A stretch of DNA of 56,834 nucleotides from Candidatus Poseidoniaceae archaeon (GTDB lineage: Archaea > Thermoplasmatota > Poseidoniia > Poseidoniales > Poseidoniaceae): contig JAYPDK010000003.1 in NCBI GenBank assembly GCA_038125145.1, positions 1-56,834 on the forward strand. Reading direction: 5' to 3'. Both the position numbers and the translations under genes were made by a program. The stretch's first letter is position 1. Each line of letters starts with the position of its first letter. Below, piece by piece: positions 36,820 through 43,871 of the stretch. Below the pieces are notes generated by a model. It made no database searches and had not been told where the DNA came from. It worked only from the letters and a program-made list of their open reading frames with translations.

Positions 36820-38088
36820 TCACATGAACAGGGTCGCCGGGTGCTCGAGCAGCGCCTTCAGGCGCTGCACCAGCATGGCGCCGTCCCACCCGTCGACCAC
36901 GCGGTGGTCGAAGGAGGAGGAGAGGTTCATCATGCGGCGGATTTCGATGCGTCCGTCCATGACCATCGGTCGCTCGACGGCCTTGTGGACACCGAGGATG
37001 CCGACCTCGGGCTTGTTGATGATCGGGGTGGCGCCAAGTCCGCCCATCGCTCCGAGGCTGGTGATGGTGAACGTGGACCCTGAGAGTTGCTCGCTCGTCG
37101 CGCTTCCGTTGCGTGTCGCTCCGACGACTTCAGCCATGGCGCTGGCGGCGCCCCACACGTCGAGGGCTTCGACGTGCTTGACCACGGGGACGTAGAGGCC
37201 ACGTTCGGTTTGGGTCGCGATGCCAAGGTGGACGCCATGGTGGCGGACCACGGTCATGCGGTCGTCGTGGTAGTGGGCGTTGCAGACCGGGTGCTCCCCG
37301 AGCGCCTTGGAGAGCCCGAGCATGATGAAGGGCAGGAAGGTCAACTTCGGCTGCCCCTCGGCCCGCGTGGCGTTGAGGTGTTGCCGAAGGGCTTCGAGGG
37401 AGGTCACGTCGACCTCCTCGAAGTAGGAGAAGTGCGGGATCGTGGTGTACGAGGCCGTCATGCCCTCAGCGATGCGCTTGCGAAGGCCGGCGACCTTGAT
37501 CTCCTCCGTCCCGGTGCGCTTCATTCCAACCCGGCTGACCGGCGCGGTACCGCCACCGGCAAGGTGCGCGTCAAGGTCCGCGTGGGTGATGCGCCCTGCA
37601 GGTCCACTGCCCGCAACGTGTGCAAGGTCCACGCCCGATTCACGTGCACGTTGGCGCACGGCCGGACTGGCGAGGGGGCGAAGCCCAGGCGCGGCCTGGC
37701 CTTGGGTGGGTGCCGAAGGGGCCGCTTCGACCACGGGGGCAGGTGCGGCTTCTGGAGCGGGCTCCGCTGTGGGTTCTGGTGTGGAGGCTTCTTCGGTGGG
37801 CGCGCCGGCTGTGGAGTGCTCCGCCAGCGCGCTCGCGTTGCCGTCGCCCTCCACTTCGAACTCGATGCAGATGCCGCCGACTGGAAGGATGTCGCCGACC
37901 TCGCCGACGCGCTGGAGCACCGTGCCGTTGACGGGGGAAGGGATCTCGACGGTCGCTTTGTCCGTCATGACGGAAAGAATCGGCTGGTCTTCCTTGACCA
38001 CGTCGCCCACGGCCACCATCCATTCGACAACTTCGCCCTCCACGACGCCTTCTCCGATGTCGGGCAGCTTGAACGCGTAGATCCCCAT
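36820..38088 (-). CDS. Dihydrolipoamide acyltransferase (E2) of a 2-oxoacid dehydrogenase complex
   Basis: Lipoyl domain ([13 protein letters not shown]), Ala/Pro linker, E3-binding segment, and catalytic DHRVVDG. Confidence 0.9.
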   Translation of the reverse strand: MGIYAFKLPDIGEGVVEGEVVEWMVAVGDVVKEDQPILSVMTDKATVEIPSPVNGTVLQRVGEVGDILPVGGICIEFEVEGDGNASALAEHSTAGAPTEEASTPEPTAEPAPEAAPAPVVEAAPSAPTQGQAAPGLRPLASPAVRQRARESGVDLAHVAGSGPAGRITHADLDAHLAGGGTAPVSRVGMKRTGTEEIKVAGLRKRIAEGMTASYTTIPHFSYFEEVDVTSLEALRQHLNATRAEGQPKLTFLPFIMLGLSKALGEHPVCNAHYHDDRMTVVRHHGVHLGIATQTERGLYVPVVKHVEALDVWGAASAMAEVVGATRNGSATSEQLSGSTFTITSLGAMGGLGATPIINKPEVGILGVHKAVERPMVMDGRIEIRRMMNLSSSFDHRVVDGWDGAMLVQRLKALLEHPATLFM

Positions 38089-38091
38089 GAC

Positions 38092-39102
38092 TCAGGCCTC
38101 CTGTGTGCGGCTGATGGCCTCGGCGATGCGGCCGGGGCTTGGAAGGTAATCCCACTCCGTGGTGTGCGGGAAAGGCGTGTCCCACCCCGTGACCCGCTGG
38201 ATAGGGGCCTCGAGGTGCCAAAAGCAGCGCTCCTGAATCGACGCGGACATCTCTGCGCCGAATCCGCTCGTTTTCGGTGCTTCATGCACAATCACGCAGC
38301 GACCGGTCTTGCGAACGGACTCCACCACGGTGTCGCGGTCCCATGGGACAAGGGTCTGCAGGTCGATGAGTTCGGCATCCACGCCGCTTTGTCGAATCCC
38401 TTCTTCGGCCACGTGGACCATGGCACCCCATGCGATCACGGTGCAGGCCGCCCCTTCCTTGACGACGCGGGCTTGCTCAAGGGGGATGGTGTAGTGCTCC
38501 TCTGGCACCTCGCCGTCGGGGTGGTTGTTCCACGTTGGGACGTTGTGGGGGTCGCCGTAGAAGGGTCCGCGGTAGCAGCGCTTGGGTTCGAAGAACACCA
38601 CAGGGTCGTTGCATTCGATGGCCGAGGCGAGGAGCCCTTTGGCGTTGTACGGCGTCGAGCAGTACACGACCTTGAGGCCGGGTGTGTGGGTGAATTGGGC
38701 CTCTGGGGATTGGGAATGGTGGTGTCCTCCCTTGATGCCACCACCGGCAGGGGTTCGGATGGTGACCGGCGTCCAGAATTCGCCCCCGGAGCGGTGGCGA
38801 AGTTTGGCCATCTCGTTGACGATCTGGTCGTAGGCGGGGAAGATGTAGTCTGCGAACTGAATTTCCATCACGGGGCGCAGTCCGTTCAATCCCATGCCGA
38901 AGGCCACTGCGGCAATGCCGCCCTCGGCGAGCGGGGCATCGAAGACGCGGTGCGCCCCGTGCTTCTCTTGCAGGCCAGCCGTGACGCGGAAGACGCCACC
39001 GAAGTATCCGACGTCCTCGCCGAAGACAACCACGTTCTCGTCGCGCTGCATCTGCAGGTCAATGGCCGAGTTGAGCGCTGCGATCATGTTCATTTTCGCC
39101 AT
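38092..39102 (-). CDS. 2-oxoacid dehydrogenase E1 component, beta subunit
   Basis: Transketolase-like pyrimidine-binding and C-terminal domains (FGEDVG.FGGVFR, RVFD.PLAEGGI). Confidence 0.9.
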   Translation of the reverse strand: MAKMNMIAALNSAIDLQMQRDENVVVFGEDVGYFGGVFRVTAGLQEKHGAHRVFDAPLAEGGIAAVAFGMGLNGLRPVMEIQFADYIFPAYDQIVNEMAKLRHRSGGEFWTPVTIRTPAGGGIKGGHHHSQSPEAQFTHTPGLKVVYCSTPYNAKGLLASAIECNDPVVFFEPKRCYRGPFYGDPHNVPTWNNHPDGEVPEEHYTIPLEQARVVKEGAACTVIAWGAMVHVAEEGIRQSGVDAELIDLQTLVPWDRDTVVESVRKTGRCVIVHEAPKTSGFGAEMSASIQERCFWHLEAPIQRVTGWDTPFPHTTEWDYLPSPGRIAEAISRTQEA

Positions 39103-39111
39103 GACCTCACC

Positions 39112-40350
39112 TCACTTCCCGAGTTCCTCTCGCTGCTCTTGGACATGCCAGGGGACCTTTTCGTAGACTTCTGTGAAGATCGTGGAGGCCGGCGGGTACG
39201 GCCCGTTGGCAAGGTCGCCGTGGGTGCACGCCTCCTTGTAGGCGGCCATGACCTCGGCGTCAAGGCGCTCGATGAGGTCACTGTGTTGGTCTTCGTCCCA
39301 CAGTCCCCGGCCGATGAGGTGCTGCTTGAGCCGGTCGATTGGGTCGCCTCCGGGCCAGCACGTGTGCTCGTCTTGCGGACGGTAGGCGCTGGGGTCGTCG
39401 GACGAGGAATGGGCGCCAGCACGGTAGGTGTAGACCTCGATGAAGGTCGGTCCGAGTCCTGACGAGGCGCGCTGGCGGGCCCACTTCGTCACCGCGTACA
39501 GCGCCAGGAAGTCGTTGCCGTCCACGCGGAACGATGGGAGGTCGTAGGCGAGCCCTCGCTCGGCGAAGGTTCGGCCGCCGGTCGCGAGGTTCGCGTGGGT
39601 TGAGATGGCCCACTGGTTGTTGACCACGTTGAGGATGACGGGGGGCTTGAAGGTGGACGCGAAGTTCACCGCGTAATGGAAATCGCCCTGCGCGGAGGTC
39701 CCGTCACCAAGCCACGTGATGCAGGCCTCGTCGAGGCCACGGTACGCGCTGGCCATGGCGACGCCGACGGCCTGAGGGAACTGCGTCCCCACCGGGGAGG
39801 AGATGGAGATGAAGCGCCCTTCACGCCAGGTGTAGTGGACGGGCATCTGGCGTCCACGGACGTTGTCTTCGAGGTTCCCGATGCAGTGGCAGATCATGCT
39901 CACCATGTCGCGGCCACGCACGAACTGCGCCCCGGGTTGACGGTAGGACGGGAAGAGCCAATCTTGCTCCTCGAGGGCCATGGTTTGGGCGACGGCAATG
40001 GCTTCCTCACCGAAGGAGCGCATGTAGAAGGACAGCAGCCCGGTTCGCTGCATCTTCATCATGCGGTCGTCGAAGGTGCGCAACCGGACCATGTGCTCGA
40101 GCCCAAGCAGGAGTTCCTCTTCGGGGATGTCCGGCTCCCACGGGCCGGACGCCACGTGGTCGTCGCCCAGGACACGGATGAGTCCACGGGCGTGCTCGGC
40201 GGTGTCCTGTGCGTCGCAATCGACGGAGGGGCGGGTGAGGTCGCCCGGCTGTTCGATGAAGGCACCACCGAAATCGGGGCTGTCGCCGGGGCGAAACGGG
40301 GGCATCCCGATGGTGTAGGGAGCCTCGGTCGCGGTCAGGCGGTCAGGCAT
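39112..40350 (-). CDS. 2-oxoacid dehydrogenase E1 component, alpha subunit (TPP-binding; BCKDH/PDH type)
   Basis: TPP motif region GDGTSAQGDFHYAVNFA and YR.GAHSSSDD. TGATG 1-nt overlap with the lipA stop. Confidence 0.9.
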   Translation of the reverse strand: MPDRLTATEAPYTIGMPPFRPGDSPDFGGAFIEQPGDLTRPSVDCDAQDTAEHARGLIRVLGDDHVASGPWEPDIPEEELLLGLEHMVRLRTFDDRMMKMQRTGLLSFYMRSFGEEAIAVAQTMALEEQDWLFPSYRQPGAQFVRGRDMVSMICHCIGNLEDNVRGRQMPVHYTWREGRFISISSPVGTQFPQAVGVAMASAYRGLDEACITWLGDGTSAQGDFHYAVNFASTFKPPVILNVVNNQWAISTHANLATGGRTFAERGLAYDLPSFRVDGNDFLALYAVTKWARQRASSGLGPTFIEVYTYRAGAHSSSDDPSAYRPQDEHTCWPGGDPIDRLKQHLIGRGLWDEDQHSDLIERLDAEVMAAYKEACTHGDLANGPYPPASTIFTEVYEKVPWHVQEQREELGK

Positions 40351-41366
40351 CAGGCATCACCACCGGAGGTCGACCTATGGGCGTGTCGGTCCGCCGCTGC
40401 CCCGCGTTGAACCCGGACCGTGGCCCCCGGCATGGCGCCATCCCACGCATCATCGGTGCACGCGCGGAGCAGCAGCCCCGCCTTGAAGGAGGAGCGGACC
40501 AAGGGTCCGCTGGCAACCCCGAGGAAGCCGAGTTCGATGGCGTTGTCTGCCCAACGTTCGAAGGCGTCAGGCTCGGGATAGCGGTCCACAGGGAGGTGCT
40601 TTTCGGAGGGGGCGAGGTACTGGCCAAGCGTGATCAGGTCCACGCCTGCGTCGCGCACCAAGGCCATGGCTTCGGCGATCTCTTCGTCGCGCTCACCCAA
40701 GCCGACCATGATGGAGGTCTTGATCAGCAGGTCGGGGCGCAGCCGCCGTGCTTCTCGAAGGATGGCAAGGGATTGCTCGAAGGAGGCACGGTGATCCCGT
40801 ACCGTGCGGTCGAGCCTCGGGACGCATTCCACGTTGTGGGCGAAGACGCTCAGTGGCGCACCGTCCAGCAGCGACGCAAGGGCTTCGTGGTCGCCAGCAA
40901 GGTCCGAGCACAGCAGTTCCAACGTGACCTCTGGGCTGCGCTCGGCGACGGCGTCGAGGCACGCTCGATAGTGGGCAGCACCGCTGTCCTCCAGGTCGTC
41001 TCGATTCACGACGGTGATGACCGCGTGACGAAGCGGCATCGAGGCCACGGCCTCGGCGAGGTGGTGCGGCTCGTTGGGGTCCAGCGGCGGGGCGCGTTTG
41101 ATGGTCCCTACCGCACAGAAACGGCAGCCTCGGGTGCATTCCTGGCCTGCGATCATAAAGGTCGCATCACCGCTTGACCAGCAGTCGTGGACGTTGGGGC
41201 ATCGCGCTTCTTCACACACGGTGTGCAGCGCGTTGTCCTTCACCGCTGCTTTCGTGGCTCGGAAGGACTCCATCGCCTCGCCGCTCGGCAGGGTCGTGCG
41301 GAACCAAACGGGGAGCCGCGGGCGAGGGGTGTCGCTGGCCATCGTCAACGGACGACCCGTGGCCAT
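40350..41366 (-). CDS. lipA: Lipoyl synthase
   Basis: CEEARCPNVHDCW and radical-SAM CTRGCRFCAV clusters. Start uncertain: ATG 41366, ATG 41342, or TTG 41423. Confidence 0.85.
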   Translation of the reverse strand: MATGRPLTMASDTPRPRLPVWFRTTLPSGEAMESFRATKAAVKDNALHTVCEEARCPNVHDCWSSGDATFMIAGQECTRGCRFCAVGTIKRAPPLDPNEPHHLAEAVASMPLRHAVITVVNRDDLEDSGAAHYRACLDAVAERSPEVTLELLCSDLAGDHEALASLLDGAPLSVFAHNVECVPRLDRTVRDHRASFEQSLAILREARRLRPDLLIKTSIMVGLGERDEEIAEAMALVRDAGVDLITLGQYLAPSEKHLPVDRYPEPDAFERWADNAIELGFLGVASGPLVRSSFKAGLLLRACTDDAWDGAMPGATVRVQRGAAADRHAHRSTSGGDA

Positions 41367-41594
41367 GCTTTGCCCACGGGTTGTGGAGCAAAAGGCTTCG
41401 TTCGCTGAGTGGACGGGCAGCAAAGGCGAAGGGCCTTCCGTTTCAATTGGGGTGCACGTCCGGAAACATCAGCATTCTTGCTGTCGTGGTCGGCCTCGCC
41501 CTGCTCCTCCTTCTGGGATGGTTCGTCATGTCGATGTTCGGTGGGGACTGATGGACTGACGAGGGTTGATGAGCGCGCCGCCTGTCCTGGGCCC

Positions 41595-42341
41595 ATGGCT
41601 TCGCGTGTCGCACTCGTGACCGGAGGCGGGCGCAGGGTCGGCGCGGCCATCGTCACCGCCTTGGCCGACGCGGGCTGGTTCGTTCTCGTGCACGTGCGCT
41701 CTTCGCTCGACGAAGCCACGACGATGGTCGACCGACTTTCGTCCATCCATGGCCGCGACGTCGGTCGAGTGCTGGTGGCGGACCTCCTTGTCGACGACGA
41801 CGTTCGCGGCCTCGTGGAGGGCGTCCTCGCCCAGCCTGAGGTTCAGGCAGCAGGGCTCGGAGGGTTGGTGCACAACGCCTCCGTCTTCTTCCCCGACCAC
41901 GGTGAGGGCGCTCCCTCCGACATGGTGGTTGCGCGGGAGCAGTTGTGGCGTCTCCACCTCGAAACGCCGGTGGTGCTGACCGAAGGGCTGTCCCCGGCCC
42001 TCGTTCACGGCGAAGGCTCCATCGTTTCGATGGTGGACACCTCGTGGGGCAAGGCGTGGAAAGGACTTGGCGATTACACCGCCTCAAAGGCGGCCCTGCG
42101 TCAACGCACCCTTGGTTGGGCGCTGGACCTTGCACCCGAGGTGCGTGCCAACGCCGTTGCTCCTGGGGCGATCCTCGCGGCGGAGTGGGAGCAAGAAGGA
42201 TTCAGCCAAGCCATCCGTCGAACGCCGCTGGGGCGAGGGGGCACGCCCGACGAGGTGGCCAGGGCCGTGGCCTACCTGCTTGACGCGACCTTCGTGACGG
42301 GCCAGGTCATCGCGGTGGACGGCGGTTGGTCGCTGCGCTGA
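41595..42341 (+). CDS. SDR-family oxidoreductase with FolM/PTR1-type signature (putative pteridine/dihydrofolate reductase)
   Basis: VTGGGRRVG (TGX3RXG instead of TGX3GXG), HNAS, and YTASKAAL catalytic Tyr/Lys. Start re-picked at ATG 41595. Confidence 0.75.
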   Translation: MASRVALVTGGGRRVGAAIVTALADAGWFVLVHVRSSLDEATTMVDRLSSIHGRDVGRVLVADLLVDDDVRGLVEGVLAQPEVQAAGLGGLVHNASVFFPDHGEGAPSDMVVAREQLWRLHLETPVVLTEGLSPALVHGEGSIVSMVDTSWGKAWKGLGDYTASKAALRQRTLGWALDLAPEVRANAVAPGAILAAEWEQEGFSQAIRRTPLGRGGTPDEVARAVAYLLDATFVTGQVIAVDGGWSLR

Positions 42342-42347
42342 TGCACG

Positions 42348-42432
42348 TGGTACAGGGAGAGGGACTCGAACCCTCGAACCCATGGGGACCGGAGTTTAAA
42401 TCCGGCGCTTTTGACCACTCAGCCATCCCTGC
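42348..42432 (-). tRNA. tRNA-Leu (anticodon UAA), class II long variable arm, genomically encoded CCA
   Basis: Folded by hand: acceptor GCAGGGA/UCCCUGU (G1-U72 wobble), anticodon stem CCGGA/UCCGG with loop UUUAAAC, variable arm UCCCCAUGGGUUC, T-arm GAGGG-UUCGAGU-CCCUC, A73-CCA. Confidence 0.9.
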
Positions 42433-42519
42433 GGTGTGTCGTGAACGCGACACCATATGAGGCCGACGGCAACATTGTCCTCGCTCGCTGTTCAGGATGG
42501 GTTCATTGGCCCCTTCTGC

Positions 42520-42528
42520 TTCATGAGC
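42520..42528 (+). promoter_or_regulatory. TATA-like box TTCATGAGC, 29 nt upstream of GTG 42549
   Basis: Read directly; supports the GTG 42549 start for the MFS gene. Confidence 0.3.
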
Positions 42529-42548
42529 CGGGTGGGTGTGGCCTTGGC

Positions 42549-43808
42549 GTGGAAGAACGCCCTGCGAGGTTGCTCAACCCCGTGCTGCTCGTGGGCTGTG
42601 CCGTGATTTTGGTCGGGTTTTCCATCCGCGCCAGTTTTGGGGTCTTTCAGATCCCCATCGCGGAGGAGTTTGGGTGGGCCCGCGTTGACTTCAGCCTCGC
42701 CATTGCGGTGCAGAACCTTGCATGGGGCGTGGGGCAACCCATCTTCGGCGCCATCGCAGAACGCATTGGCGACCGCAAAGCCATCGTGATGGGGGCCGTG
42801 CTGTATGCAGTTGGCTTGGTGTTGTCCGCCGGCGCCACCACCCCACTGGAGCATCAGGTGTACGAGGTGCTGGTGGGCTTCGGCATCGCCGGCACTGGCT
42901 TTGGTGTGATCCTCGCCGTCGTCGGTCGTGCTGCACGCGACGAACACCGCTCGATGGCCTTGGCCATCGCGACGGCCTCCGGTTCGCTCGGTCAGGTCGT
43001 GGGCCCTCCGGTGGCCGAAGCCTTGCTCAGGCAGATGGCATGGTCCTCGGTCTTCCTCGTCTTTGCCGGGGCCATCCTGGCTGTCCTTGTGCTGCTCCCG
43101 CTGATGAAGGCCCCAGCACTGGCGTCCAAGGACGACCTGCAGGCGTCGCTTCAGGACGTGCTCGGACGTGCCTTCCACGACCGCAACTTCCTGCTCATCT
43201 TCGTCGGCTTCTTCTCCTGCGGCTACCAGTTGGCCTTCATCACGGCGCACTACCCAGCGCTCATCACTGAGATGAGCGCCTCCATTGACCCCGAGGGATG
43301 GCTCGCGTCCATCGGCGTCACCACCACGGCTGCGTTGGGGGCGCTGTCGTTGTCCATCATTGGCCTCGCCAACATTGCAGGGACCTTGACTGCAGGCTGG
43401 GCAGGCGACCGCTTTCAACGCCGGTTCGTGCTTGCTGGCATCTACACTGGGAGGACCTTGGTTGCAGCCTGGTTCATCTCGGTCCCGGTCACACCCACCA
43501 GCGTGCTCGTGTTTTCGCTCGTGATGGGGTTCCTTTGGCTCGCGACCGTCCCCCTCACCAGCGGCCTGATTGCGCACATCCATGGCGTGCGCAACATGGG
43601 GACGCTCTTCGGCGTCGTCTTTCTCTCCCATCAGATTGGTTCCTTCCTTGGCGTCTGGCTCGGTGGTCGGTTGTACGACGTGTTCGGTTCCTACACGACG
43701 GTGTGGTGGATTGGCGTTGGCGTTGGCGTTCTTTCGGTGGTGCTCCACCTGCTCGTGGACGAGCGTCCATTGCAGCACGCCACGCCGTCAACGGCCCCGG
43801 TTGCATGA
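42549..43808 (+). CDS. MFS transporter
   Basis: About 12 hydrophobic helices and an MFS-like loop (G.IAERIGDRK). The ORF-track TTG start at 42411 lies inside the tRNA; GTG 42549 is the first plausible start. Confidence 0.75.
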   Translation: MEERPARLLNPVLLVGCAVILVGFSIRASFGVFQIPIAEEFGWARVDFSLAIAVQNLAWGVGQPIFGAIAERIGDRKAIVMGAVLYAVGLVLSAGATTPLEHQVYEVLVGFGIAGTGFGVILAVVGRAARDEHRSMALAIATASGSLGQVVGPPVAEALLRQMAWSSVFLVFAGAILAVLVLLPLMKAPALASKDDLQASLQDVLGRAFHDRNFLLIFVGFFSCGYQLAFITAHYPALITEMSASIDPEGWLASIGVTTTAALGALSLSIIGLANIAGTLTAGWAGDRFQRRFVLAGIYTGRTLVAAWFISVPVTPTSVLVFSLVMGFLWLATVPLTSGLIAHIHGVRNMGTLFGVVFLSHQIGSFLGVWLGGRLYDVFGSYTTVWWIGVGVGVLSVVLHLLVDERPLQHATPSTAPVA

Positions 43809-43842
43809 GACCTGCGTCCCTTGCACGTCGGATGCAAAACCG

Positions 43843-43850
43843 TTTAACAC
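43843..43850 (+). promoter_or_regulatory. TATA-like box TTTAACAC, 29 nt upstream of GTG 43872
   Basis: The only AT-rich patch in the 63-nt spacer upstream of the 978-aa gene. Confidence 0.3.
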
Positions 43851-43871
43851 CCGACGGGGCAGGGTGAAACG

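Noticed and set aside
37087-39462. 791-aa + strand ORF across the E2/E1beta/E1alpha genes.
   Set aside because: It is antisense to three genes with unambiguous catalytic motifs, and its composition is low-complexity (G/R/V/D/H-rich). GC-driven artefact.
42411-42548. TTG start given by the ORF track for the MFS transporter.
   Set aside because: That start codon lies inside the tRNA-Leu gene (42348-42432), and the first 46 codons are non-hydrophobic and Cys/Trp-rich. GTG 42549, with a TATA-like box at -29, is more plausible.
42492-43778. 428-aa ORF antisense to the MFS transporter.
   Set aside because: Charged, low-complexity translation opposite a clear 12-TM transporter. Artefact.
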